Assembly: GCF_964194025.1 (NCBI RefSeq)
Contig: NC_134473.1
Span: 70,866,001-70,930,000, forward strand
Direction: 5' to 3'
Length of the DNA stretch: 64,000 nt
DNA from: Convolutriloba macropyga
Lineage: Eukaryota
Part shown: one piece after another, positions 37,568 to 50,250 of the stretch
Layout of the letters: each line of letters begins with the position of its first letter
Position numbering within the stretch: position 1 is the stretch's first letter
Program-made: the position numbers and the translations under genes
Notes under the pieces: model-generated
What the model was told of the DNA's origin: nothing
What the model saw: the letters and a program-made list of their open reading frames with translations, nothing else
Databases searched by the model: none

Positions 37568-37872
37568 ATGACGAATTTTCCGACGACAACGACGAACTAC
37601 AGACCGACTCTGAAAAGATCCAACGTACTAACCCGACCTCCCCCAACAAACCCCTCCGGTCCTCACCCCCTCCTAAAATTCCTCTAATGGACATTCATCA
37701 AACTTTTGTACATTACAATCCAGACCACTGCCATTCAAAAGAGGACCTGGAAAGAATTCGAAAGCATCGATTGGAGGAACTGTTTTTGAAGGTCAAACTG
37801 TTCGTGTCTGCCGATTCAGATGACGAAAGGTCAAATGCAACTGTGTCAAGGAGACAAGCAAAAAAGAAGTAA
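37568..37872 (+). CDS. Probable last exon of gene A (reading frame at the junction unresolved)
   Basis: CTCTCAG acceptor. The phase-1 frame is open for ~100 codons (DEFSDDNDE...RRQAKKK*); the phase-0 frame stops near 37687. Confidence 0.55.
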
Positions 37873-37956
37873 CTCAACTAAACTTTTAAACTTTTGTTTT
37901 ATAATTTGAATTTTCTATGAAAGCCAAATTTACACAAAATTGCACCGAATTTTTAG

Positions 37957-38349
37957 TTAAATATCTTCAAAACTCAATTCGAAATTGACAGGCGAAACTG
38001 GAGATGACAAACAGCCCTTGAAGAAATCTCTTAACGTAAACATCTCAAATTGAAAAAAGCATCGAATTATCACAACCAGTGTTATGTTATGAGCCCTTTT
38101 GAGTTGAGCATGAAAATATTCTAGCAGTTTTGTTTTTCGCTCACGTGATTGGAGGAGAGCTATGTACTTGTTAAAATTGTTGTCCAATTTGAAGGCGCAC
38201 AAAAAGTCAAGAGTTATGTTTTCTTTGTCGTGCCCAGTGATGGACAATAACAAGCGAACAACGATATCAAATTCCAGAACAAATATTAAAGGACAAACAC
38301 TAACATGGGATGAACAAAAGCGAATTATCACACTAGTACAAATTGAACT
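37957..38349 (-). CDS. Possible alternative terminal exon of gene B
   Basis: TTGGTTTCAG acceptor, then 130 open codons in phase 0 (part of ORF 37957-38439) in AT-rich DNA. Confidence 0.35.
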   Translation of the reverse strand, partial: SSICTSVIIRFCSSHVSVCPLIFVLEFDIVVRLLLSITGHDKENITLDFLCAFKLDNNFNKYIALLQSRERKTKLLEYFHAQLKRAHNITLVVIIRCFFQFEMFTLRDFFKGCLSSPVSPVNFELSFEDI

Positions 38350-38548
38350 CTGAAACCAACAATGACTAAAAATAAATGCGAATAAAAAATAGACAGAGGT
38401 CGGCGGAGGTGGGCAGGGATTCAGATAATTCGGGTGCATTGAAATTATCCATCAAACCGTGAAATTTTAGTTCATCAGCAGTTAGGGTAATCCATAAAGC
38501 TCGAGATGAAATTCACAGACATTTAGTGAACTGGGGTTTTGACGTTAC

Positions 38549-38593
38549 TCAGGACAAAAATTCAAATCGCTCGAGCGAGCAGAAAACAATAAC
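38549..38593 (-). CDS. Gene B exon VIVFCSLERFEFLS*
   Basis: TTTGCTTCAG acceptor, phase 0; the last codon TGA is directly followed by GTAACG. Confidence 0.5.
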   Translation of the reverse strand, partial: VIVFCSLERFEFLS

Positions 38594-38724
38594 CTGAAGC
38601 AAACTATAACGAAGGTTGAGCAAACGTTTGCATGTAAGAACACGGACACCCGAATAGAACAATTAGTTGAATTTTCGTTCTATTGCGTAATAAGTTCAAT
38701 GGTTTCTCAAGGTTAGTGGCTCAC

Positions 38725-38776
38725 CTTTAAAAACAAACGCCAATGCTCGAGGCAAAAGATGTAGAGATTAAAGCCG
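38725..38776 (-). CDS. Gene B exon, TM7/helix 8-like (CGFNLYIFCLEHWRLFLK)
   Basis: TAG acceptor, AAG|GTGAGC donor, phase 2 to phase 0; NLYIF sits where NPxxY is expected. Confidence 0.6.
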
Positions 38777-40302
38777 CTACCAGATGTGTTTCAATGGAAA
38801 AACTTAGCTCGTAGATTGTCAGAAAATAGACCCTATAGCTTCGTAAATTTGCAGTCTCAAAAACTTAAAACAGACTGAAAAAAATATTACTTCTTTCTAT
38901 TAATTGCTAAGATGATATATTTTGATAAGGAATCGGCATAATTTATTGCTGCTTCTATTAGTTGCTCTCAAGTACCATTCAATTAGAGCAAAACACATCA
39001 GTTGATTTTCTCTCCTTGCAATAAAGAAGAAAATTTATTTCGAGAGCGAGGAGAGTCATTTATGAAAGTGACGTAAGTCGCGTGAGACCAAAACATAGTC
39101 CAGCCAGTGAACCCAAAATTTGCTCAACTAAGATCAAAAAAGGCATACAATTTAGTCCAAATTGTATGAACGGACGAACAAAAAGCAGATTTGAAGTTAT
39201 CTGGAAGTCATATGGTTGTCATCTTGTTTTCATTGACCGAACAGAAAACCAGACCAAGAGGGGACTAGGATTTCACTGAGAAAACCGCGTAGAAGAAATC
39301 TGGAAAATTTAAAAACAATAAAAAGCACAAGTCACATCACCGTTCTTAAACAAAAAACATCTCGCAAGAAAGCGAGCTTTTTCAAAAACCTTTTCTCACT
39401 CTATCATATTATTGAAAAATTAAAACAATTAAATTTCACAACTTAAAGGCACTTGTTTTTTCGCTTCACTTCCAGTTTTGGCTTGGTCAAAATCATCATT
39501 ACAACTTGATTTATTCATTGTTTTGTAGTAATCACGTTGAAACACTAACCGACTAAATTTAATACGAGGAAAAACAAATCTGAGAACAAAAAACTGATAC
39601 AATATCTGGAAAACTCTCCACAAATTATGACTTGGGGACAATTAGTAGCAGAAGAAGGTGACAAAATAAACTTCAATTGATAGTCAACCACCAACTAATT
39701 GACAAAAATATGAAAGACGGTATATGCGGAGAAAACTGAGAAAAAAAAATTAAAAAGAAAGTGGAAAAACATTCCAAGCAAAAAACTAATGCGACACTTC
39801 ATAGCAATTCTACTCGAAACCCAATTTAAAAATTCTCAAGCTCTTTTTGAACACTTGTTTACTCAATTAGAAACCCACTCAATTTTTTCGAGACATACTG
39901 ACAACAATTAAGAAAAAGAAATAAAAAAAATTACCAAAGTGCATCGATTATTTCTGTAAAACTTAACTTAGAAAACTGAAGTGTTCGTATCATTAACTAG
40001 CAATTGATAAATAGTGGACAAGAAAAACGGTAGCTCAAAATTAAAGACCAGAAGGCATAGTAAAGAAAACAATTCACTGTCAAGGAGAAAAATTATTGTG
40101 ATAAACGTAAAAATAGTAATCTCAATTGTCAAATTTACAAAAGTAAGTGTTTAACGTCGATAAATTGCTCTCAAATGACAGGTGGGGCAATTTAATTCAA
40201 GGAGAGCGGTAGCATTAACAACAATTTTTATGGGTGCAAAAAAGTACAATTCGGGAGGGATCCAAATTCACAACCTCTTGCGTCCTAAACTAAACCCCTT
40301 AC

Positions 40303-40330
40303 CACTCGGCTATCAGGCCTTTATAGCCTT
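40303..40330 (-). CDS. Gene B 28-nt microexon (EGYKGLIAE)
   Basis: TAG acceptor, GTAAGG donor; supplies exactly the phase 1 to phase 2 bridge needed. Confidence 0.6.
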
Positions 40331-40552
40331 CTAGCTTACAATTGCTTTCATTTTTGCAACACAGATCTGACTTCCAGATCAGAAGAACTTAGGACAAGAA
40401 GAAAATCAAGAAGATAAGCGTAAAGAAGTCACTAAAAAGTGTAATCGAAAGAATGTTAAAGAAGAAAACGACCAAGCGAAATGTTGCATTGAAAAAGACG
40501 CACAGGTTTGCAGTTATCGCTTCAAACTTAGTTCGAGAACAATTAAACATAC

Positions 40553-40685
40553 CTGTAAATTGATATTCATGAAATCTAATAATCACCAAAACTAATAGAA
40601 CTACATGCGTCAACCAGAAAACTTCCCAAATGCTGGAGAAGTTAACAGAAACTGCTCTCTTTTTGAGCGCGGCATGTGATTTCCT
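40553..40685 (-). CDS. Gene B exon, TM6-like (RKSHAALKKRAVSVNFSSIWEVFWLTHVVLLVLVIIRFHEYQFT)
   Basis: TTTTAG acceptor, CAG|GTATGT donor, phase 0 to phase 1; FWLT resembles CWxP. Confidence 0.7.
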
Positions 40686-41798
40686 CTAAAACAATTTCTC
40701 TAAGTCGCCAATTTAAAAAATGGATCACTATCACTCATCTTCGAGTATAGTAAAAAAATAAAGCTGCCTAATGCAATTTAAATTCTTTGATATGTAGAAA
40801 TCAAGAGAAGACCAATAATAGTTCCAGCTATAGCTTTGCGGCTACTAAAATTTGCCGAAAACGAAAACTCCTGTTGGAGTCATGATAAAATATAGACTTG
40901 ACCCAAATATTTGTCTCAAAATTGGTCCGAGAATTCTTTAGATCTTGGAAACTTTATCTTTTAAATTTTTTGATATTTAAAACCAAATATGATCAAGATT
41001 CCAATAAAACAATTAAGAATATTATGTTACCTCACCGATACATAAAACATTCAATTGCAGTGTTTATAGCCCGAGAATTGTTTTCATTGCTCATAGACCA
41101 AAAAAGAGTTTTTCATAGGGTTTTCAGTACATTACTAAACTAATACTTTTAAATTGAATTGGACTAATATTGAACTTTTTTTTATTGAAACCCATTCCTG
41201 ATGTAACTCCTGCTAATCCTAAAACAAATTAAATCTATAATGATATGAATCAATATTTGAAGTGAATTAGGCTTGCTTCAAACTTTGTGCCAATTGATGC
41301 GTAAGAGAACGCAACCAAGTGACACTTGAATCAAACTTTGAAAGAAAAAGAGATGGTAGTGTAAGATAAATTTAAAAAGTTTCGATCAGCTTATCCCTCC
41401 TATTTGGTCAATTTAAAGCCAAATGAATTCAGATCAACCTCAGTTGATCATCTTCAATGAATCCTATATAGAGCACTCATTCTGTGTCCACAATGTTGAA
41501 ATAGAAAACATGATATTCGCTGAAAAGTTTATGGAAACTTAGCTGCTCAAAAATATTGGAAATTTGTGGAATTTGATTGAAATTTAGTCCCAAAGTATGG
41601 AGAAAATATTGGTGCTCAAAAATATCGGAAAATTATGAGATTCGATTGAAATTAGTCCGAAAGTATGGAATTGTTCGTTAGCCCTAAATGTCGAAATATG
41701 AAAGAAGATATATTCACTGAAGAAGTACTATGTTTAAAATGACCTTTTTGTTTGGTTTGTGCATCCTCTTCGTCCTGCATGAGGATGTGTTCACTCAC

Positions 41799-41876
41799 CC
41801 CAAATAGAGTGCAAACTCCCTTCTGGTGGTTTAACCCACTAAGGGCTGCTGCGTAGTACTCCGCCTCGTATGGCTC
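41799..41876 (-). CDS. Gene B exon, ICL3-like (EPYEAEYYAAALSGLNHQKGVCTLFG)
   Basis: TTTATAG acceptor, GTGAGT donor, 78 nt, phase 0 to phase 0; GC-rich. Confidence 0.75.
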
Positions 41877-41975
41877 CTATAAACATAAACAATCACTACA
41901 AAAACAAGCAAACACTACACACGGTAAAAAATCAGAAAAGGAAATTCAATCTGAAAAAATCTCAGGACAAAATGT

Positions 41976-43940
41976 AACCGACTATTGTCGGGCGAATTGC
42001 TCTCAAAAACTTCGTCAGTAGCTAGCCACGGTTTAGTGAGGCTACCTTTAGATTAATTGAAGGGCGTAAGGTGAGCGCAGCGGAGGTGAACCGCAGCGGG
42101 GATGCAAAAGTGGATTGGGGGACTGATGTGGGGGCAGTGGGTGGGTAGGGGTGTGGGATCAATTTCTAAGAACCGCCCTTCACACCATGAGTATGAGTCT
42201 CAAAAACAGTTTCTGTTAATCGCATACTTGAAGACTAGTGGGATGAACGGCTCTAAGAGAACGTCTCTATGAACGAAAAATCGGCCAAGCAAAAAATTTC
42301 ATGAAAGAGACAAACAGGATTATTATATTTGCCACAAATTGCTTTTGAGAGCAATTAACAATGATTTCCTAAAAGTGCCTGTTAAGTAATTTATGATAAA
42401 AACAATTCTACTATAACTCATTGTTAATGAGGATCAGAGATGATGACATTACGCCACATAACAGCAGCTGAACTGCGGGATCAACAAAGGGAGAGAGGGA
42501 GAAAGAAATAGATAGAGTGAGAGAGAGATAAAACGTGAACGAGAAAGAGAAGGAAAGAAACCCTAACCGACAGAGAGAGAAAGAGAAATAGGAATTTTTT
42601 CCATGATGGGATTCGACTGTGTAACTTCCAGTTTTCTAGCCTTGTAAGTAAATAAATCATACAGAAAAACTGAAAAAAGCAAAATTAGAAACCAAAAATT
42701 TCAAAAACCAATTTCTTGTCCCGAAAGTTCTGTCAAGTAACCCATCTGCAAGACTTAAAAAGTTTCGTTGGACAGTACTGGTCGTTAAACTCAAGAACTC
42801 GTTAAATTCAAGACATTGATACTTTAAGAACCATTTCATTGTCTCAAGAGACTATCCAGTATCCCTGTTTAAAGCCTGAAACAGTTTCACTGGCTCATAA
42901 GGATTCATACTTGGAACATGTTAAAAATTTTCCAAAAATTTAAAGTTTATCGAAAAATTTCTGAAACTGGAACCATAAAAACTATTCATCAACATTTCAT
43001 TAACTCAATCATTGGAGAAGGTCCCAGGGACCCCGTCGCCAGAAAAAATTTAAAAACGAGAAACAATTGCAAATATTTTTAAAAAAATTGCTTAAATTCG
43101 TGATAATAAATATTGAGAAACATACTTTTACATCTATATACTTTGCGATGACAAATTATCAAACCCTAGAGGAAATTCTGTGGCTCTTGACGCTAGAGAA
43201 ATCTAAAAAGTGACAAAAAATTACAAAAATAATTGCAAAATCCATAAGAAAAATTGCTAAAACTTGTGATATTAAAAAGTTTAAACTTAAGCTATGACCA
43301 ACAAAAATTTTCACGAAACTTATTATCAAACCCTAATAGGGTTTTCTGACCCTTTCGGCTCAAAAAAATTTTGAATAATGGCTATTACTGTAAAAAAATT
43401 GGAAAAAATTGCAAAAGTCGTCAAAAAATGCTAAAATTCGTGATGTTAAAATCTGGCAGGATTTTCGATTACATAAACAAAATAAAAAGTAACTTCTTTT
43501 TCAAATACTAGAAGAGGTTCCTTGGCTTTTGAGGCTGAAAAATTTTTAGAATTCAAATGTTTTCAAAAAACTTGAAAAAAGTTAGTTTTATCGAAAAATT
43601 GCTAAAATTTATGAAATTTAAAAGTTGAAAAACTATTCCATGGCCAAAAAAAATTTTTCAGTAACTTATTATCAAACTTCTTTTGCGGGGGCTTTTGGGG
43701 ACCCTGGGGACCCTGGGTCTTGAAAGCTTTTGGGGACCCTGGGTCTTGAAAGACCTGAATAATGAAAAAAAATGTCAAAAAATTTGAAAAAATGCACGTT
43801 TTGTCAAAAAAATTTGCTAAAATTCGTGATGTTAAAATGTTGAAACCATTCCATTACCACTAGAAACTATGCAGTAACCTATTATTAAAACCTAGAGGAG
43901 GTTCCTTGACACCTGGGGCATATAAAAATTTTAAAAACGT
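41976..43940 (-). mobile_element. Family A copy (41976-42358) + extension + ~170-175 bp satellite
   Basis: AACCGACTATTGTCGGGCGAATTGCTCTCAAA ... TTTGAGAGCAATT. The downstream sequence is homologous to 24901-25940; satellite markers at ~43157, 43324, 43499, 43670, 43883. Confidence 0.75.
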
Positions 43941-44563
43941 CTCCGAAGTTGAATGAACTGAAGAAAACAAGATGAATATTTTATGGCTATTCCACAAAAC
44001 AGTTGAGGCGTAAATGTTACCCAAAACTAAAATAATTTTATTACCAAAACGAGATAAAGATTATTCTGTAGTATATAGAACATCTAGAGCTGGCAATGCT
44101 TTTTGTGCGTAGTTTCATTAAGCAATCTAACTTGTTTTTAATTGCATCACTTGGCAAATAGCTGTTTTAACAAACCCATCTTTCGTAACATTTTTTTGCA
44201 AAAAAAATGTTTTAATTTGCCGAAGTCATTTTGGGCAAGTTTTGTTATCAATTATTTGAGACCTGCTTTATGTACCACTTATTTTTGTTTATAGAAACAG
44301 TATTTAGAAAGTGGTAACAAAACGTAGCACGAGATCCAAATAAAATGGCTTCGTAGTTTTGGGTAAAACTAGAACTTAAAGAAAATTTACAGATGAACAT
44401 AAGGAGACAATACAAGTGCTACTTATTAGGAAAACGCCGCAGTTTAAAACTAACGCATTGCCGTCGGAAATATTTGTACAAACGAGTAAAAAAGCCTCAA
44501 CATAGCTGTTAGAAAAAGTATTTAGGACTCAAACCAGGGTCTATAGCGTTTCTGTTAAACTTA

Positions 44564-44570
44564 TATATAA

Positions 44571-44612
<42 letters not shown>
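44564..44612. repeat. (TA)n microsatellite
   Basis: Read directly from the sequence. Confidence 0.9.
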
Positions 44613-44614
<2 letters not shown>

Positions 44615-44659
44615 TGGTGGTCGTTACACTTATTTTTGGTTTGAGATCTTTCTGGGTAC

Positions 44660-44832
44660 CTTATGGTAGATGTGTTCCCTGGCTATTCCGTGACTGACAG
44701 CCAGGAATGTGAGTGGGAGTAGGAAGCAGAGTATCTGGAAGATGATGGTGAACAACTCTGTGCTGATCTGGCTGTTCAGGATTGTAGTGAAGCTCGATTT
44801 GGGCATATTCACAAGGCAGATGAAGATGGCGC
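44660..44832 (-). CDS. Gene B exon, end of TM4 to TM5 (CAIFICLVNMP...CFLLPLTFLAVSHGIAREHIYHK)
   Basis: TGCAG acceptor, AAG|GTACCC donor, phase 1 to phase 0; FxxP TM5-like motif; GC-rich. Confidence 0.8.
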
Positions 44833-44850
44833 CTGCATTCAAATTAAAAT

Positions 44851-47280
44851 AACATAGCCGGCAAATAGCCGGAATAGCTGCGAAAGAATAGACTTGCGTG
44901 CCGTATAATAGAGATTGAAACGGATACAGTTATAGGCTGAAAAAGCTATCGAAGCAGCTAAAAATATATTCAGCGATAAATTAATCAAACTTGTTAAAAT
45001 TCCCTCCGCAGAAGCCTTTCTATTAGTGACCTTAAATACATATGTGAGTTCCTTTTGCCTTAAACAATTTCAAATTAAAATTAAGTCTAAAAATGTAAAA
45101 GCCATTTTATTGAGTGAGGTAACTAACGAATGATCAAAATCTAGTCATACAATTGAACTAAACGTTTTTGCTAGAGTGAATGAGAAATGACGTCACGCGC
45201 GCAATTGCCGTTAGAGAGAGGAAGAAGTAAATCAGAAAATTTGACCTTTTCAGCTCTGCGGTGTAATCAACTTCAAAACAAAAACAGAGCGTCCAATGAC
45301 AATGCAAAAGCATAGCAGTACAAATTCTGAAATAAAATCCAAAGAAGTGGAAGAAAAATTATAATTACTCTACCTGACAGCAGATCTATTGTGATCCAAA
45401 AAGATAGACAATCTCAAAAGTTGAGAAACTAAAATAACCAAACAAACTAAACAAAGAACAATCATAGCTAAAATTCATGAAGCTCTCACCCCATAGGCAA
45501 AATTTGATCCATCTGAATATACCCGTTAACCCATGCACAAGCCTTGAAAACTGTTTATTGGCCAATAAAAATTTTAAAAAACCGAGAAAATACTTTTAAA
45601 AAATAGAAAGTTGCAAAACTTAAATAAAGTTTTTTATTTTTGCATTATGTTACATATTAGAATGTTCCAAGCCACTTTCTTGTCTCTAAAATCTGTCTTC
45701 TAACCCATCTGTCTGATCTAAAATTTTTATTGGCCAGTACAGATCAATAAATTTCAAAAAATTTGAAAGTAATTGCCAATCGTATTAAAATTTTTCTAAA
45801 ATTGGTGATATTAAAATCTTCAATCACATTTTATTATCAAGCCATAAAAACTTTCTTTGGCTTAGAGATCGATAAAATAGGAAAAAGGCAATAATTTTCA
45901 GAAAATTTGACAAAAAATTATCAAACTTTCTAAAAAAAATTGCTAAATATCGCGTTATTAAATTGTTGAAAACAATTCCACTGCAACCACATACAATAAT
46001 ATAAAATTGCAATACCTTATTATCAGACGGTAGAGGAGGTTATCTGACCACTGAGGTTGGAAAAACACAGGAAATGACAAAAAACATTAAGGAAATTTTT
46101 ATAAAGAAAATTGAACATTTTATTTAAAAAAATTGCTGAAATTCGTGAAATTGAGATGTCTAAAACCGTTTCTTTATCAAGAGAAATTGTTTAGAAACCT
46201 ATTATCAAACCCTAGAGGAGCTTCATTGGACCCGGAGGCTAGAAAATGTCAAAAAATTATAAACATTTAAAAATTTTTTAAAAATTAGTTACATTTCTCG
46301 TGTTTACGTGTGCAGTACCCAAAAAATATAGCTCATAAAATGATCAAAAAGTATTTATATCATGCAAATGACCTGTATCAAATTTGACAACTGTCAGTTC
46401 AAGACCAATTAAAAAAATAGAAAAATGACATAAAGTTAAAAATTGCACGGTTTTAGGCTCCAAATTCTTAAAAATGACGTTTAACCTTGAGTTAAGGCCT
46501 CCCAGTAGCTTCACCACTCTAATCTCATGGAGGGACACTAAACACCGCTAAGGGCCTCTAATGAAACTTGATGCCCTCTGAGTTTTACCTCTTCATCCCG
46601 TTTTGAAAGCTCAATTTCGTGAAATGAAAAAATAATGTATGAAAACATCTTACAAAAAAAGACAGACCACAAATACAATCCATTTCTTGGATTTCAAAAA
46701 AAAGAAAAGCGCCAATACAATCCTTAAATCGCTATTAAAACTTGAATGACTGCTGAAACCACATTCGGGCCCCTAATGGAACTTAGTGACCACTGGGCTT
46801 TACCTGTTTATCCCGTTTTGAAAGAAAACCTTAAAAAAAGACAGAGCCCCAATATAATCCAAATCTTGGATTGTTAAAACATAACAGGAGACGTCCTGAA
46901 TTACAATCCAGAAAATAAAAATTGAATGGCGTCATAATTATTCTTTATAGATTATCATCAAACAATGACAGTCAACAAAATTCTTGACCTTTATTGAGCA
47001 AAAATTAACCAAATCTAAAAAAAAACAACTACCAAAGTATTTTTTCCAGGTCTTAGTGCTATAGAAAAAATTGAAAACAACAACACATTATAGATAGTAA
47101 TTAAATAGTAATTAATAACATTTCTAATTTGACTCCTCACTGATTTGAAAGAGCCGAACAAAGTGTGAACAGATCTCAAAAAAAGACAGCGCACCAATAC
47201 AATTCAAATGCTTTGGACTGTAAAAAACAACAAAAATTGCAATATAATTCGTATCAGCTTACAGTTTTGCAGCTATTGTA
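44851..47280 (-). mobile_element. Long degenerate family B unit with internal ~180-bp satellite copies
   Basis: Left end AACATAGCCGGCAAATAGCCGGAATAGCTGC; satellite at 45780-46340; the right module at 47160-47280 matches 5760-5873. Could be several adjacent pieces. Confidence 0.45.
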
Positions 47281-48504
47281 AACAACTACCGACGGTCGAA
47301 TTGCTCTCATACTCATTGCGGGAGGTTGGCTTGTGTTTTTTGTAAAAAGGTGACAAAAGTGGGAGGGGCAGAACCGTATATAAATTTAATTGTTGAATTG
47401 TTAATCCTTTTGAGGTATAGGAAAAATTTTAAAAAATTTTCAAGCGTTATTCATCGCAACTTAGCAGAAACGTACGCTCAGAGCTTAGTAAAGCTCTAAT
47501 AGAGCAGCTCAGAGACTTAATCTCCCCAGGTTTTGCAGGATTATCCCGTTTGTTAAGACAAAAAGTCAAATCAAATTGCTAAAGCGAACGAAAGAATGTT
47601 GTGGCAGAAAAGTGAAAATTCTAAAGTGAAGTAATGTATGAAAAAGTCACATGCGTTTACAATAATTGGTTCAATCTTGTTTTTGTTTCAAAACTACCAG
47701 TCTTTGCCCTATTTGGTAATAGACCTAACTGCCAAGAATGATAGGTTCGGGGTCTCTTTCCCATTGTAGGGTTTGGGGGACTCAATGTAGCCCCCACCCA
47801 CCTAACCTTAATTTATCATTAACGGGGGCTACAAGATGATATAATGGGAAAGACAGGCAACACCTTCGAATTACCGTGAGGATCTTTGTTCTTTATTAGA
47901 CTACGATTACATTATGCATTTTAATAGACACGCCCCTGGAATGAATGGTGTCCGCCAGAACAATCCCAAATATCAATGTTCAAAGCCAAATGTCGTGTGG
48001 ATGGAGCGTATGACATTGTCTATCTATCCACTGCCTCGAATATTCAAAATTGCCAACTCGATAGTGTTGATTATTTTGATTCAAAACTTTCGACTGTTAG
48101 CGTACAACATAATTCATAGTGTCGCAGTGCAGCTCCTGTCTTTACCGACTAAAATAGCGCTCTAAGGATTACATCGCAACTTTAGATTACCCTTGACAAA
48201 AGATTTGTCCTTTCCCCATTTTAAAAAATTATGATTCATAATGTATTCCCCTGTCACCTGTTATCCATAATTACATCATAAATAAAAAGAAGTTATAACG
48301 ATAACATTTCTTTTGATACCGTTTGTCAAATGTTATTGTCAGTGAACTTTGAGAAAAGCAAATTAATAATTTTTACAATTTTTTAACAAGAACTCAGTGA
48401 ATTCAAACTTGTTTAATAAAACTCGAACTTAGAAGATTTAAGACCATCACTAGGATGTTAACACCACTTATCAAGATTCAACTCTAATATACAAAACTAA
48501 ACAT

Positions 48505-48932
48505 AACCGACTAACGTCGGGCGAATTGCTCTCAAACGACCGGCGAGCGGTTGGCTTGGTCAGTAGCTAGCCACGGGGGGGGGGGGGGGTGCACTAGGGG
48601 CAGCACTGGGTGGGGGGGGGCAAAAGCGCGGTGGGGGGGGGGGTGGAGCCAATAGTGGGGGTGGGGGGTCAACAAAGGGGGGGGTGTCAACCTCTAAGAA
48701 CCGCCCCTCACACCATAAGTATAAGTATAAGTCTCCAAGACAGTTTGAGCTGAAACAGACCTGAAAGGCTCTAAGAGCACATAATGCCCGCTGGGCGCTA
48801 CCTGTTTATCCCGTTTTTGAGGACGAAAAGTCAAAAGCGTCAGACGAAAAATTGGTCAAGCGAAAAATCGCATCAAAAAAAAGACCGACAGGACTAATAT
48901 AATTGCTACAAACTTCGTTTGAGAGCAATTAA
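48505..48932 (-). mobile_element. Best-preserved HINE-like family A copy (428 bp)
   Basis: Hairpin CCGAC-taac-GTCGG; perfect 16-bp subTIR AATTGCTCTCAAACGA / TCGTTTGAGAGCAATT; partial IR AATTGCT; poly-G centre; AA (TT on the element strand) at both ends; no TSD. Confidence 0.88.
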
Positions 48933-49240
48933 AAATTTATGACGTTAGGACTGCCCAAAAAGAACATCAGACCTAGTAACAAAGACTAAGCAGATGAATA
49001 TGCAAATAACGGGAATTTGAAAATGATCTTCTTTGCTGAGAGTTCTTGTTTCTATTTCTGATCCCATGTTTTGATATTGACTTGGTTCAAAATAGATTGT
49101 TTTACTAATCAACAGCTGTATGAACTCACTGTGAGCGAAATGAGCGAAGAAACAAACTAACCACGAGATGTCAGATATTTGACGCAAGCTATCAACAAAA
49201 GGGAGAAATTTGGGTAAAACGAAACGAAACAAAGAAACAA

Positions 49241-50250
49241 AACCGACCAACATTGGACGAATTAATCTCAAAAGGAAGCCGAGTGGCTAACTTCGTTAGA
49301 GCTAGCCATGGTTTAGTGAGGCTAGCTTTAGCTTAAATGAAGGAGCGTAAGGTGAGAGTAATAGATGATTACATCACTCAGCTGAAGTGCGGCATCAACA
49401 AAAGAGTTAAGGAAGAGAGCGAGAGAGATAGTGAGAGAGAGAGAGAGAGATCTAGGAATATTTTGAATGATGAGTTTAGACTCTGCCACTTCTATTTTTC
49501 TAGCTTGGTTAGTAGTTAAATCATTAGAAAGAAAACTGAAAGTGCAAAATTCAAAAGAAAAGTTTCCACATTTCGCAGTGAAAAAATGTTCAAAACCACT
49601 TTTTGTCTCTAGAGTTGTTCTCCCATGTAACCCATCTGCAAGACTTAAAAAGTTTCGTTGGCCAGTAATGATTGTTAAACTCAGAAAAGAACAAAAGTAT
49701 TCAAAAATTTTGAAAACAATTGGAATTTTTAACACAATCTTGCTGAAATTTGTGATATTAATATTTTCAGAACCATTTCATTTTCTCAAGAGACAATCCA
49801 GTTTCCCTATTGCAAGCCTTAATCAAATTTACTGGCTCATAAAGATCCATAAACTTGGAACCTTACCAAAACATATAGCTCATAAAATGGTCATCGAATG
49901 TACTTATTTCTTTCAAAAGACCTTTATCAACTTTAACGAGCCTCAATTATAGACTGGTTCAACAAAGATTTCAACAAAAAAATTGAAACATTTTGGGCTC
50001 AAAAACTCCTAATAATGACCTTTCAACTATAAACTACGGCCAGCTCGGTAGATTCATAACACTGAGCACTTGAAAGACTACTAAACGCGGCAAATGAATC
50101 TTATTGCCGTCTGGGCGCTGCCTGTTTATCCCGTTTTCAAGGGCGAAAAGTCAAATGGGTCAGACAAAAAATCGGTCAAGCGAAAAATCCCATAAAGAAA
50201 GACCATCAAAATTGATATAATTGCTACAAGCTTCGTTAGAGAGCAATTAA
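49241..50250 (-). mobile_element. Composite family A unit (left end + extension + right end)
   Basis: Degenerate left end at 49241-49360; middle homologous to 42440-42930; right end GCTACAAGCTTCGTTAGAGAGCAATT. Confidence 0.6.

Noticed and set aside
48524-48930. Family A as a classical TIR MITE
   Set aside because: The IRs are subterminal, a conserved hairpin lies outside one IR and no TSD is seen; a HINE fits better.
49328-49952. 135-aa and 161-aa ORFs
   Set aside because: Inside a HINE composite; the homologous copies at 42440-42930 do not keep the frames.
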